From NCBI GenBank assembly GCA_041946925.1, contig JBHGBI010000005.1:4128-68127 (forward strand): DNA of 64,000 bases. The letters run 5' to 3'. This stretch comes from Syntrophales bacterium (GTDB lineage: Bacteria > Desulfobacterota > Syntrophia > Syntrophales > UBA4778). The position numbers were made by a program, and so were the translations under genes. The first letter of the stretch is position 1, and every line of letters begins with the position of its first letter. A model generated the notes under the pieces. It had not been told where the DNA came from. It searched no databases and saw only the letters and a program-made list of their open reading frames with translations. Of the stretch, positions 21,347 to 31,628 are shown piece by piece.

Positions 21347-22744
21347 ATGGGAAAAGTATTGATTATTGACGATGACCAATCATTGAATGACATGCTCAGC
21401 GAACTTGTGCGGCGCATGGGGCACGAAGTCCGGTCCGCCCAGACACTCGAAAAGGGCCTTTCTGAAATTTATTCCTATCCTTACGATGTGGTGTTCCTGG
21501 ATGTAAGTATGCCCGACGGAAACGGACTCGATGTCATTTCCCGTGTCAAGCAGGCGCCTTCGGCGCCCGAAGTTATTATCATTACCGCATCCGGAGATCC
21601 CGATGGCGCCGAAATCGCCATAAGCAACGGGGCCTGGGATTATATCGAGAAGCCGTCTTCTATACGCATGATGACCCTGCCGCTCATGCGAGCGCTGCAA
21701 TACCGCGAGGCCAAGAGATCGAAAAAACCGCTGCTCGAATTAAAGAAAGACGGGATCGTCGGCAGCAGTCCGCAAATGAGGACCTGCCTGGATCTCGTGG
21801 CCGAGGCCTCCTGTTCCGATGTAAACGTCCTCATCACCGGTGAAACAGGAACAGGGAAAGAACTCTTTGCGCGCGCCATCCACAGAAACAGCATGCGCAA
21901 GGATAATGCATTTGTCGTTGTGGATTGCGCCGCGCTGTCGGACACCCTTGTTGAGAGCATGCTTTTCGGTTACGAGAAAGGAGCTTATACCGGTGCGGAT
22001 AAATCGCATGAAGGCCTCATTATGCAGGCTCATGGGGGAACTCTTTTTCTTGATGAAATCGGTGAACTCCCCTTCTCCATCCAGAAATCATTTTTGCGGG
22101 TTCTGCACGAGAGACAGTTCCGGCCTTTGGGGAGCAAGCACGAAGTCGCGAGCAATTTCAGGCTGGTCACGGCGACCAATCGCAATCTGGATCAGATGGT
22201 TCGAAACGGCCAGTTCCGCAGTGATCTCCTTTTCCGTCTGAGGTCTTTCACCATTGAGCTGCCGCCGCTGCGGAGCCGGCTGGACGATATAGGAGATCTT
22301 GTTGTCCATCATATGAAGAGACTGTGTTCGAGATATGAAATCGATAAAAAAGAATTTTCGCCGGAATTTCTGGAAGCGCTCGAATTGTACAACTGGCCCG
22401 GCAATGTCAGAGAACTGGTGAATACCCTTGAGAGAGCACTCGCCTCGGCACATGGAGAGCCCGTATTATTTCCCAGGCACCTGCCGACTCACATTCGGAT
22501 AAAAATAGCTCAGGCATCCATCGGGAAAGAAACCTCTGCACGAATAAATCCCGCCGGTAACAATGAGACAATCCCCAAATTACACGAGATCAGGGAGTCG
22601 GCGGTCGCTCAGGCGGAGAAGGAATATTTGAACAGCCTCTTGTCAGTGTCCGGAACGGATATCAAAAGGGCATGCGAGCTTTCGGGTCTTTCGAGATCGA
22701 GATTGTACGAGCTCCTGAAGAAACATGGAATTTCCGCAAAGTAA
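21347..22744 (+). CDS. Sigma54-dependent response regulator (NtrC/AtoC family)
   Basis: Receiver domain (IIDDD, FLDVSMPD, IEKP), AAA+ GETGTGKE, GAYTGA, LFLDEIGE, WPGNVREL, Fis-type HTH. Confidence 0.95.
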   Translation: MGKVLIIDDDQSLNDMLSELVRRMGHEVRSAQTLEKGLSEIYSYPYDVVFLDVSMPDGNGLDVISRVKQAPSAPEVIIITASGDPDGAEIAISNGAWDYIEKPSSIRMMTLPLMRALQYREAKRSKKPLLELKKDGIVGSSPQMRTCLDLVAEASCSDVNVLITGETGTGKELFARAIHRNSMRKDNAFVVVDCAALSDTLVESMLFGYEKGAYTGADKSHEGLIMQAHGGTLFLDEIGELPFSIQKSFLRVLHERQFRPLGSKHEVASNFRLVTATNRNLDQMVRNGQFRSDLLFRLRSFTIELPPLRSRLDDIGDLVVHHMKRLCSRYEIDKKEFSPEFLEALELYNWPGNVRELVNTLERALASAHGEPVLFPRHLPTHIRIKIAQASIGKETSARINPAGNNETIPKLHEIRESAVAQAEKEYLNSLLSVSGTDIKRACELSGLSRSRLYELLKKHGISAK

Positions 22745-22870
22745 TTCAACTTCCTAATCCTAAACCTGAAACTCAAATTGAACAAACTCGAAGTCAAAGA
22801 CGTTTTGCCCATTGTAATTTTGATATTGCGATTTGTTTATGATTTGGAGTTTAGAATTCAGCGGTTGATT
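22743..22870. repeat. Long imperfect inverted repeat built from A-rich/T-rich approximately 7-nt units
   Basis: Left arm ATTCAACTTCCTAATCCTAAACCTGAAACTCAAATTGAACAAACTCGAAGTCAAA versus reverse complement of right arm AATCAACCGCTGAATTCTAAACTCCAAATCATAAACAAATCGCAATATCAAA. Confidence 0.6.
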
Positions 22871-22930
22871 TGTCCGGCCTTTCCGGACATATTTCCGGTT
22901 TTGTCGGACGACGTCCTGTCAGACCGGACA
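22871..22930. promoter_or_regulatory. Three phased palindromic sites, putative enhancer (UAS) for a sigma54 activator
   Basis: TGTCCGG-N5-CCGGACA (22871), TTTCCGG-N5-TCGGACG (22892), CGTCCTG-N5-CCGGACA (22912); 20-21 bp spacing. Confidence 0.65.
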
Positions 22931-23013
22931 CAAATGCCCGGATTGATTTCTTTGAAGCTTTTGTTGTAATCCAGCACTTGATCTAAGTTCTTATTATATC
23001 AGTCAATTTATAA

Positions 23014-23060
23014 TTGGCAAATTTCACGCCGCAGAGGGCGCAACGGCATGCTTATTGTTA
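23014..23060 (+). promoter_or_regulatory. Putative sigma54 -24/-12 promoter(s)
   Basis: TTGGCAAATTTCACGC (GG-N10-GC) at 23014 and CGGCATGCTTATTGTT at 23044, preceded by an IHF-like TATCAGTCAATTT at 22997. Confidence 0.45.
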
Positions 23061-23290
23061 TACGGATTGAGCAGGAAAAACCTCCCCGGAGAACTGCTGC
23101 AGAGGGCAGTTGAAGCGATTGTTCCACCGGACGCTCATATCTGCAGAATGGTCGACCTTTTCTTCAAACTACACCAGCCGTTGTTGGCCCGATGTAGCCG
23201 TTCTCCCCTTTTAAATTATCTTTCATCCGTTCCCTTTCTATTGATTTCATCCTTTTTGCATGGTAGAGAGACCGCCTGCCTGCTTATACA

Positions 23291-23380
23291 GGCAAAGGGC
23301 CGGGGTATACAGGAATCAGGTCGTCTCAAGTTCTTAACTTCAGTAAAGAATAATTAGCCCTTTTCCTTCAGCCCTTAGCC
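23291..23380 (+). repeat. Paired heptamer repeat element upstream of uppP
   Basis: GGCAAAG GGCCGG GGTATAC at 23291, then ATTAGCC CTTTTCC TTCAGCC CTTAGCC at 23353-23380. Confidence 0.6.
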
Positions 23381-23449
23381 CATGTTTTAAATTAACCGAT
23401 CGGCCTGAGATGAATGGCGGAAATCCGCCGGTTTGCCAGAAAGGATATT

Positions 23450-24220
23450 ATGGATCTTTTGAACGCGCTCATTCTGGGAATTGTACAGGGAGTTTCAGAA
23501 TTTCTGCCGATTTCTTCGACCGGACACCTGATTCTGACATCCCACCTGCTGGGACTTGCTCACACCGACTTTTTAAAAAGCTTTGAGATTTCCATACAGC
23601 TTGGATCGATCCTGTCGGTTGTCATTCTGTACTGGCGATCTCTTCTGGTTGACTTTGAAGTCATTAAAAGGGTGGCGGTGGCCTTTCTCCCCACAGGCGT
23701 ACTGGGTCTTACATTGTATAGAATCGTGAAACAATATTTGCTGGGTTCTGAACATATCGTGCTCTGGTCTCTTTTCATCGGAGGGATACTCCTTATTCTT
23801 TTCGAACGCTGGCATACGGAGAAGAGGGAAATTGTCCCGGAGATATCCAGAATGTCCTATAAAACAGCATTCATTATAGGCATTTTTCAATCCATCGCCA
23901 TGATCCCCGGGGTATCACGGTCCGCTTCCACGATTATCGGAGGGCTGGTTATGGGGATAAAGCGAAAGACGATTGTCGAATTCTCATTTATGCTTGCCGT
24001 TCCGACAATGCTCGCCGCCACCGCTTACGACCTGATAAAATCCGCATCCGTGATCTCTGTCGGGGAAGTGGACTTCTTGATTGTCGGTTTTGTCTCCTCT
24101 TTTATTGTCGCCCTCCTGAGTATTAAATTCCTGATACACTTTATAAAAACCCATACATTTGTTCCTTTCGGTATTTACAGGATTCTCTTTGCCCTGGGCT
24201 GGCTGCTGATGATGCGATAG
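23450..24220 (+). CDS. uppP: Undecaprenyl-diphosphate phosphatase
   Basis: GIVQGVSEFLPISSTGHL and PGVSRS motifs. Confidence 0.96.
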   Translation: MDLLNALILGIVQGVSEFLPISSTGHLILTSHLLGLAHTDFLKSFEISIQLGSILSVVILYWRSLLVDFEVIKRVAVAFLPTGVLGLTLYRIVKQYLLGSEHIVLWSLFIGGILLILFERWHTEKREIVPEISRMSYKTAFIIGIFQSIAMIPGVSRSASTIIGGLVMGIKRKTIVEFSFMLAVPTMLAATAYDLIKSASVISVGEVDFLIVGFVSSFIVALLSIKFLIHFIKTHTFVPFGIYRILFALGWLLMMR

Positions 24221-24237
24221 ATGTCTTCCTGCAAGGC

Positions 24238-24266
24238 AGGGGGGCAGCAATGAATGCTGCCCCCCT
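24238..24266. terminator. Hairpin between convergent uppP and tRNA-Pro, probable terminator
   Basis: Perfect 12-bp stem AGGGGGGCAGCA-N5-TGCTGCCCCCCT; no clear U tract. Confidence 0.65.
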
Positions 24267-24274
24267 TGAAATCA

Positions 24275-24351
<77 letters not shown>

Positions 24352-24380
24352 GATAAAAAAGAGGGATATCTTCTTTCATT

Positions 24381-24974
24381 TTATTCTTTTTTTTGCAAGT
24401 ATCTTTTTAATTTCATGAGCGCCTTCGCACGGTGACTGATCCGGTTCTTTACGTCGGGAAGAAGTTCTGCAAGCGTTTTTCCGCGCTCAGGGACTACAAA
24501 GACCGGATCGTACCCGAAGCCGCCTTTGCCTGCCGGCTCCAGAGCGATTCTCCCGCGCAGAGTTCCCTCAAATGACCTGAATATTCCGTCCTTCCGGTAA
24601 AGCACTAGAGAACATCGAAACGCGGCTCCCCTCTTCTCCAGGGGTACACCCTTCATCTCCTCCAGGAGCTTCCTGATATTGCTCTCATCGGTCGCGCGAT
24701 CCCCTGAATACCTGGCGGAGTGGACGCCCGGTCTTCCGCCGAGAAAGTCTACTTCGAGCCCGGAATCATCGGCAAGCGCAATTTCATTCGTCATCTCTGA
24801 AACGGTTCTGGCCTTTTTCAGGGCGTTTTCCAGAAATGTCCTCCCGTCCTCGACAATCTCCGGAAATTCGGGATAATCATTAAGCGAGAGGACCTCTATG
24901 TCGATATCCTGAAGTAGTGTTCGGATTTCAGATATTTTCCCTCTGTTCTTTGATGCAATCACGATTTTTTTCAG
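24381..24974 (-). CDS. rdgB: XTP/dITP diphosphatase (RdgB/HAM1)
   Basis: [41 protein letters not shown]. Start either CTG 24974 or GTG 24962. Confidence 0.95.
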   Translation of the reverse strand: MKKIVIASKNRGKISEIRTLLQDIDIEVLSLNDYPEFPEIVEDGRTFLENALKKARTVSEMTNEIALADDSGLEVDFLGGRPGVHSARYSGDRATDESNIRKLLEEMKGVPLEKRGAAFRCSLVLYRKDGIFRSFEGTLRGRIALEPAGKGGFGYDPVFVVPERGKTLAELLPDVKNRISHRAKALMKLKRYLQKKE

Positions 24975-25693
24975 ATAAGCCCACCCAGTATCCCCATCTG
25001 CATGTCAATCAGACGGCAGATCCCTTTCTCCGCAAGATTCATCATTTCACCCAGCAACTGCCTGCTGAACGGTGTCACTTCCGCCGTTCCCTGTACTTCG
25101 ATAAAAAGGCCACCGCTCGTCATGACGAAGTTCATGTCCACATCGGCGCGGGAATCTTCTTCATAATCCAGATCGAGAAGGATCCGTTCTCCGACAAGGC
25201 CGACGCTGACCGCCGACACATAATCCCGCACGGGGATATGCGTCGCGACCCCCTCTTCCTTCAGCCTGCGGAAGGCTTCCACCAGCGCGATAAAACCCCC
25301 GGTGATGGAAGCGGTCCTTGTGCCTCCATCGGCCTGGATGACATCACAGTCGATATAGACAGTCCTCTCTCCGAAAGAATGGAGATCGGTTACAGCTCTC
25401 AATGACCTGCCGATCAGGCGCTGTATTTCGTGCGTCCTGCCGCCTATTCTTCCCCGTGTGGTTTCCCGCTGGCTGCGTATCTGAGTCGCTGCGGGCAGCA
25501 TGGAGTACTCCGCCGTGAGCCAGCCCTGTCCCGTATTTTTCAAAAAAGGAGGAACACCGTCTTCGACACTCGCGGAGCAAATGACCCGAGTGTTTCCCAT
25601 CTCAACCAAGACCGACCCTTTCGCGTATCCGAGGAAATCCTTCGTGAACCGCACATTCCTGATTTCATCCCATTTGCGCCCGCCGTTCCTCAT
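24971..25693 (-). CDS. rph: Ribonuclease PH
   Basis: [46 protein letters not shown]. Confidence 0.98.
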   Translation of the reverse strand: MRNGGRKWDEIRNVRFTKDFLGYAKGSVLVEMGNTRVICSASVEDGVPPFLKNTGQGWLTAEYSMLPAATQIRSQRETTRGRIGGRTHEIQRLIGRSLRAVTDLHSFGERTVYIDCDVIQADGGTRTASITGGFIALVEAFRRLKEEGVATHIPVRDYVSAVSVGLVGERILLDLDYEEDSRADVDMNFVMTSGGLFIEVQGTAEVTPFSRQLLGEMMNLAEKGICRLIDMQMGILGGLI

Positions 25694-26397
25694 GATCTCT
25701 CTCCCGGGCTGAAATATTCCCGTGTCACCTGCCCTATAGCGGCGGCGATGCCGGACTGCGTGGCCGGATCGGTCAGTATCTTGCGTTCTTTACTATTCGT
25801 GGCAAAACCGACCTCAAGGACAACGGCGGGTATTGTCAGGGATCCTATGCGTATCGGGGCTTCCCGGAGTCCTCTGCCCTTTCTGGGAAATAATTTTTCC
25901 AGGTGTTTCATCATGATCTGGGAATAGCGCACGCTTTCATTTAGGTACTGAGTCCTGACCATGTCCTTTACAATTTCCCCGGAATCGTTTTTCTTCTCCA
26001 CGGGCATCTTGAAACCGGGAAAGTATATCTCGAATCCCGAAGAATTCTTTCCAAATCCGGCGTTGACGTGAATACTGATAAACAAATCCGCTTCTTTCCC
26101 CGCCGATCCAATCCTTTCCTCCGCTGATAAAGCCCTGTCGGATGTACGCACAAGCCGGGTTCTGATGTTCTTGGACTGATCCAGGTCTTTTTTCAAAAGT
26201 CGGGCGATGGCCAGTGTCACATCTTTTTCATATATTTCCCCCGATAATCTGACTCCTCTATCATTTCCACCGTGCCCGGCATCCACGATGACCGTAAAGT
26301 TCCCCTGAGCGTCTTTCGCCCAGGAGCCGTTCGCAGGGAAGCCAAGCGAGACGGATATCAGGGTCACCATAACTGTGGAAAAAAGTCTCATGTGCAT
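25690..26397 (-). CDS. N-acetylmuramoyl-L-alanine amidase (Amidase_3)
   Basis: Signal peptide, [28 protein letters not shown]. Confidence 0.9.
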   Translation of the reverse strand: MHMRLFSTVMVTLISVSLGFPANGSWAKDAQGNFTVIVDAGHGGNDRGVRLSGEIYEKDVTLAIARLLKKDLDQSKNIRTRLVRTSDRALSAEERIGSAGKEADLFISIHVNAGFGKNSSGFEIYFPGFKMPVEKKNDSGEIVKDMVRTQYLNESVRYSQIMMKHLEKLFPRKGRGLREAPIRIGSLTIPAVVLEVGFATNSKERKILTDPATQSGIAAAIGQVTREYFSPGERS

Positions 26398-26427
26398 TTC
26401 TCCCGCTGTACCTCCGATTTTATCTGT

Positions 26428-28575
26428 TTACGACCTTCTTAGTCTCTCAATGGAAATAACGCTTTTCAATTTTTTCAATGTGGAGACCACCTGGTTGAAC
26501 TGGTTTAGATCATTCACTTCCAGTTGAAAATCACAGATCGCCTGTTGATCGGGCGTGGTATCTACATTGGCGTGGGCGATATTGATGTCCAGAGAGGAAA
26601 TCGTATTGCTGATCTCAGCGAGCAGTCCTTTTTTGTCCCGGCAAATCACACGTATATGGACCGGATATGTCTGTTTCTCTTTGATATTCCAATGAACGTC
26701 TACCAGCCGCTCGCTGTCTATTCCCTGGAGCATCATACAATTAGCCTGGTGGACGCTCATTCCCCTGCCCCTGGAGATGTAGCCGACAACCTCATCGCCG
26801 GGAAGCGGGTCGCAGCACCGTGCGAATCTCACCATGACATCTTCTACGCCCGTGATGGACACTCCTGCAGCCGAGGGTTTCCTGAACTTCTTTTTGATTT
26901 TCTCCAGGATCGGCTCCTCTTCCTTTTTTCCCTCATCCGGCATTATCCGGTGGATGATGTATTTCGCCGAGACCTTTCCATAACCGATAAGGGCCATCAT
27001 GTCTTCCACCGTATTGACGGAATGCTCATCCAGTATTTTTTCGAATTCCTCCGACTTTATGACCTGACTCAATTTCAGCTGGTGCTTCTTCAGCTCCTTT
27101 TCAAGAATATCCCTGCCCAGATCAACGCTCTTTCTCCTCTCCTCCGTTTTAATCCAGTTCTTTATTTTGGAGATGGCTTTGGAAGTCACCGCGTATTTAA
27201 GCCAGTCTTTTCCTGGGTGATGGCCGGCCTGGGTAATGATTTCGACCGTGTCGCCGTTCTGGAGCTCATATTTGAGAGGTACGATATTCCTGTTCACCTT
27301 TGCGCCCACGCACCTGTCCCCGACATCAGTATGTATGCTGTAAGCGAAATCAATGGGAGTGGCTCCCTTTGGAAAAGATTTTACATCTCCGTTCGGAGTG
27401 AAAACATAAACCTCGTCGGGAAAGAGGGCCATTTTCAGGTTCTTCATGAATTCCCGGGGGTTTTTCATTTCATGCTGGATGTCCAGCAGTTCCCTCAGTT
27501 TTTTGATTTGCTCTTCGTCCTTGCCGTGATATGTGCCGCCTTCCTTATACCGCCAATGGGCCGCGATCCCTTCTTCCGCCCATTCGTGCATTTCTTTGGT
27601 CCGGATCTGGATTTCTACGCGTTCACCGTATGGACCTATCACGGTCGTGTGCAGGGAACGATAATTATTGGCTTTCGGCATGGCAATGTAGTCCTTGAAA
27701 CGACCCGGCACCGGCTTCCACAAAGCGTGCACGACACTCAAGGCTTCGTAGCATTCTTTATCCCTGTCCGAATCCAGAATGATCCTGAATGCAATGAGAT
27801 CGTAGACTTCGTCAAAATTGATGTGCTGTTCCCTCATTTTCTTGAAAATGCTGAAGAGGTGCTTGGCGCGGCCTTCCACGCGGGCATGGAGCCCGTATTC
27901 AGTGATCTCATGCTGAATGATATTCTTGACTTCTTCAGTATATTTCTCTCTTTCTTCTTTCCTCTTCGCTATCCGCCTGGACAGGTCATTGTATTCTTCA
28001 GGATAAAGATATTTGAAAGAAAGATCTTCCAGCTCTACTTTCATCCAGTTGATTCCGAGACGGTTTGCCAGGGGGGCATGCAGTTCAAGGGTTTCTTTGG
28101 CGATATATTGTTGTTTGTCCGGAGGCTGGTACTCCAGGGTCCTCATATTGTGGACCCTGTCGGCAAGCCGCACCAGGAGGATCCTGATATCGGAAGACAT
28201 CGCCAGGATCATCTTCCGGAAATTCTCGGCCTGCCTTTCCTCCTGAGAGCCGAATGTAATTTTGCTTATTTTGGTAAGGCCGTCAACGAGGAATGCGACT
28301 TCTTTTCCGAAGGCGCTTTCGATTTGCTCGATGGTTGTAAGCGTGTCTTCGACGGTGTCGTGAAGCAGGCCGGTCACAATGCTGGCCGCATCCAGTTTCA
28401 TGTCCGCCAGTATGCCGGCTACTTCCATGGGATGGATCAGATAAGGGACTCCCGAAAGCCGCACCTGCCCCTGGTGCACCGATGCGCTGAAGATGTACGC
28501 CTTTTCGATCAACTCCAGCTCCAAAGGCGACATGTATTCAGAGACTTTATCGAGGATGTCCGTTATTCGAAGCAT
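26428..28575 (-). CDS. spoT: Bifunctional (p)ppGpp synthetase/hydrolase Rel/SpoT
   Basis: HD domain ([14 protein letters not shown]), synthetase ([22 protein letters not shown]), TGS, CC and ACT domains. Confidence 0.96.
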   Translation of the reverse strand: MLRITDILDKVSEYMSPLELELIEKAYIFSASVHQGQVRLSGVPYLIHPMEVAGILADMKLDAASIVTGLLHDTVEDTLTTIEQIESAFGKEVAFLVDGLTKISKITFGSQEERQAENFRKMILAMSSDIRILLVRLADRVHNMRTLEYQPPDKQQYIAKETLELHAPLANRLGINWMKVELEDLSFKYLYPEEYNDLSRRIAKRKEEREKYTEEVKNIIQHEITEYGLHARVEGRAKHLFSIFKKMREQHINFDEVYDLIAFRIILDSDRDKECYEALSVVHALWKPVPGRFKDYIAMPKANNYRSLHTTVIGPYGERVEIQIRTKEMHEWAEEGIAAHWRYKEGGTYHGKDEEQIKKLRELLDIQHEMKNPREFMKNLKMALFPDEVYVFTPNGDVKSFPKGATPIDFAYSIHTDVGDRCVGAKVNRNIVPLKYELQNGDTVEIITQAGHHPGKDWLKYAVTSKAISKIKNWIKTEERRKSVDLGRDILEKELKKHQLKLSQVIKSEEFEKILDEHSVNTVEDMMALIGYGKVSAKYIIHRIMPDEGKKEEEPILEKIKKKFRKPSAAGVSITGVEDVMVRFARCCDPLPGDEVVGYISRGRGMSVHQANCMMLQGIDSERLVDVHWNIKEKQTYPVHIRVICRDKKGLLAEISNTISSLDINIAHANVDTTPDQQAICDFQLEVNDLNQFNQVVSTLKKLKSVISIERLRRS

Positions 28576-30290
28576 CTCATTTCGGTCTCCCGACGGACCG
28601 CATCCGCAATGTAACCGGCGACCTCTTGAAGCCCGGTGACGCGGACTTCGCCGGTTCTTCTGATCTTGATCTCCACCTTTCCTTCGGCCAGTTTTTTCGG
28701 CCCCACTGTCACTCTAAATGGTATTCCGATCAGATCGGCGTCATTGAACTTGACTCCCGCCCTTTCATCCCGGTCGTCCAGAATAGTTTCCACATTCCTC
28801 CTCAGAAGCGACGTGTAGATATCTTCCGCTGCCTTCGAGACCCGTTCATCATTGACATTTACCGGAACGACGATTGCGTGATACGGTGCAATGGCCGTAG
28901 GCCAGATAATTCCTTTCTCGTCATGATTCTGCTCGATGCTTGCCGCAACTGTCCGGCCTATCCCTATCCCGTAACAGCCCATCACCATCAGCTGCTCCCG
29001 GCCGTTCCTGTCCAGATACGTTGCCTTCATTGCCTTGCTGTACTTGGTCCCAAGCTTGAATGTATGGCCGACTTCGATTCCCCTTGCAAAATTCAGGGTG
29101 GAACGACATCGCGGGCAGGGATCTGCATCTTTGATTATCCTTAAATCGGCATATTCGCTGATCTTGAAATCGCGCCCTGTATTGACGTTTTTCAGATGGT
29201 GATTTTCCTTATTTGCCCCCATTACGAAATTTTTCATCAGCAGGAGAGAATAGTCGGCAATGAGCCTTGCCTTGATACCGATGGCACCGGCGAATCCTTT
29301 AGGAGATCCGGTTACTTCCATGACGATGTCGTCCGTCGCCAGCTCAAGGCTGTCGCATTTCAGGTAGCTCCTCAACTTGGCTTCGTTGATCTCCTCGTCT
29401 CCTCTCACCAGTACGGCCACCGGCACCTGGTCCGCCATGAAGACGAGGGTCTTTACAATCTGCTGCGGTTTTACCTTCAGGAAGTCGCATACCTCTTCTA
29501 TCGTCCTTACATTTGGTGTGAATACCTCTTCGATGGGATTCATGGGGGTCTCCTCACCAGCGGCTTCGGGCCTGGCCACCTCCGCCTTTTCCAGATTCGC
29601 GGCATAGCCGCAGGTCTGACAATAGACAACGGCATCTTCTCCTGAATCAGCCATGACCATGAATTCGTGGGAGAAGTTCCCTCCGATATTGCCGGTATCC
29701 GCTTCGACCGCCCGAAATCGCAGTCCGCAGCGGGCGAAAATATTGCAATACGCATCGAACATTTTCTGATAGCTCCTGTCCACGCCTTCCCAATCCGCAT
29801 CGAAGCTGTACGCGTCTTTCATGCTGAACTCCCGGCAGCGCATAATGCCGAAACGCGGCCGTATTTCGTCCCGGAATTTTGTCTGTATCTGGTAGAGATT
29901 CTTGGGCAGTTGCCGGTATGTCTTGATCTCGTTTCTGACGATATCCGTGACCACCTCTTCATGTGTCGGACCGAGACAGCACTCACGATTATGACGGTCC
30001 TTGAATCGCAGGAGCTCTTTACCGTACATTTTCCATCGGCCGGATTCCTGCCAGAGCTCGGCTGGCTGGACGGCCGGCATAAAAATCTCCTGTGCTCCCG
30101 CTCTGTTCATTTCCTCCCGGACAATCTGCTCAACTTTTCTGATCACCCTGTATCCAAGAGGGAGAAACGAATAAATCCCGCTTGTCAATTTTCTGATCAT
30201 ACCGGCCCGGATCATCAACTGATGGCTGACGATTTCCGCATCAGAAGGCACTTCTCGTACCGTCGGCAAAAACATCTCTGAATAACGCAT
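28563..30290 (-). CDS. proS: Proline--tRNA ligase
   Basis: [20 protein letters not shown], editing insertion, [18 protein letters not shown]. Confidence 0.98.
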   Translation of the reverse strand: MRYSEMFLPTVREVPSDAEIVSHQLMIRAGMIRKLTSGIYSFLPLGYRVIRKVEQIVREEMNRAGAQEIFMPAVQPAELWQESGRWKMYGKELLRFKDRHNRECCLGPTHEEVVTDIVRNEIKTYRQLPKNLYQIQTKFRDEIRPRFGIMRCREFSMKDAYSFDADWEGVDRSYQKMFDAYCNIFARCGLRFRAVEADTGNIGGNFSHEFMVMADSGEDAVVYCQTCGYAANLEKAEVARPEAAGEETPMNPIEEVFTPNVRTIEEVCDFLKVKPQQIVKTLVFMADQVPVAVLVRGDEEINEAKLRSYLKCDSLELATDDIVMEVTGSPKGFAGAIGIKARLIADYSLLLMKNFVMGANKENHHLKNVNTGRDFKISEYADLRIIKDADPCPRCRSTLNFARGIEVGHTFKLGTKYSKAMKATYLDRNGREQLMVMGCYGIGIGRTVAASIEQNHDEKGIIWPTAIAPYHAIVVPVNVNDERVSKAAEDIYTSLLRRNVETILDDRDERAGVKFNDADLIGIPFRVTVGPKKLAEGKVEIKIRRTGEVRVTGLQEVAGYIADAVRRETEMRCFE

Positions 30291-30325
30291 TCACCATTCT
30301 CCTTCCATCAATGAATAGCTGAGGA

Positions 30326-31405
30326 CTATGATCCTTGGGCTGTGAGATTTTCGATTTCTTCAAGCAAGACCGGAATAAAGTCTTTTTCTCTAAGTTTCCG
30401 GATAACGCGCCCTTTTTTAAAGAGCAGGCCACTCCCCTTTCGCCCCGCGGCAATTCCGATATCGGCGCCGGCGGCCTCTCCGGGTCCGTTGACTACGCAT
30501 CCCATCAGCGCTATTTTCACGTATGCACGGGTTGCGGCCAGCCTGCTTTCCACTTTCTGCACCAGCTTGACCAGATCGATTCCGCACCTTCCGCAGGTAG
30601 GGCATGAAATGATCTCCGGGCCGACCATTCTGATATTCAATCCTCGCAATATCCCGTACGCGATACGCAGCTCAGATACCGGATCTCCTGTTACCGATAC
30701 TCGTATCGTATCTCCGATTCCTTCGTAAAGGAGGAATCCTATCCCCATGGACGATTTGATACAGGATTGAAGGATGCTCCCCGCTTCGGTAACCCCGAGA
30801 TGGAGCGGGTAGTCGATCTTCCTGGAAATGGACCGATATGCTTCCAGGGTGGTCGGCACATCGGAGGATTTCAGGGATACCTTGAGGTTGTGGAATCCTG
30901 CATCTTCAAAAAGCGCGATGCTGTTCAGGGCGCTCTCAACCAGCGCTTCTGCAGTGGGCCCTCCGTACCTGTTCAGTATGCCTTTTTCAAGGGAGCCGGC
31001 ATTGATTCCGATGCGGATCGCGGTCCCCGATTCCCTCGCTGCGCGCGCTATGATTCTTAATCCGTCTTTCTTGATGTTTCCGGGATTGATTCTGACTCCG
31101 TCCGCACCGCTGGCGATGGCTGCAAGGGCCAGGCGGTGGTCGAAGTGAATGTCGGCGACCAGAGGGATTCCGATTTTTTTTTTAATGAAGGGCAATGCCG
31201 CCGCGGCTTCCCGGTCAGGAACAGCGACTCTGACGATTTCACAGCCCGCCTTCTCCAATCTTCTGATCTGCCGGACCGTACTTCCTATATCTTTCGTATC
31301 CGTGCAGGTCATTGACTGCACGATGACAGGAGCATCTCCCCCCACCTGAACGGAACCGATATGGACAGGCTTTGTCTTTTTTCTGGCTGTTTGTCCAGTG
31401 ATCAT
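30326..31405 (-). CDS. ispG: HMBPP synthase IspG
   Basis: VQSM, PLVADIHF, RINPGNI, PLHLGVTEAG, GIGDTIRVS, CPTCGR, MGCVVNGPGE. Start trimmed to ATG 31405. Confidence 0.97.
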   Translation of the reverse strand: MITGQTARKKTKPVHIGSVQVGGDAPVIVQSMTCTDTKDIGSTVRQIRRLEKAGCEIVRVAVPDREAAAALPFIKKKIGIPLVADIHFDHRLALAAIASGADGVRINPGNIKKDGLRIIARAARESGTAIRIGINAGSLEKGILNRYGGPTAEALVESALNSIALFEDAGFHNLKVSLKSSDVPTTLEAYRSISRKIDYPLHLGVTEAGSILQSCIKSSMGIGFLLYEGIGDTIRVSVTGDPVSELRIAYGILRGLNIRMVGPEIISCPTCGRCGIDLVKLVQKVESRLAATRAYVKIALMGCVVNGPGEAAGADIGIAAGRKGSGLLFKKGRVIRKLREKDFIPVLLEEIENLTAQGS

Positions 31406-31628
31406 CGAGCTGCAATACGGTTTAACCGGATCCTTCCCCGTAAAATACGTCCACTGCGGAATTATACGACATATAACATGCGGGTAAAATCGAATCAATA
31501 AATAATTTCGAGCTCTTCGGCGGTCTACACGAAAAAACCGCCGGAGCATGCGCTTACTGCGATAATCCTCCAGAAAGGGGATGGATGTTCCTGCAGACGG
31601 GCTAATCCGGGTCGGAATACAGATAAAA

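Noticed and set aside
23055-23357. 100-aa ORF downstream of the sigma54-like site
   Set aside because: TTG start lies inside the promoter-like motif, no SD, no recognisable domain.
26524-28614. 696-aa + strand ORF
   Set aside because: Lies antisense over rel/spoT and has no recognisable motifs; best explained as a shadow ORF from codon bias.
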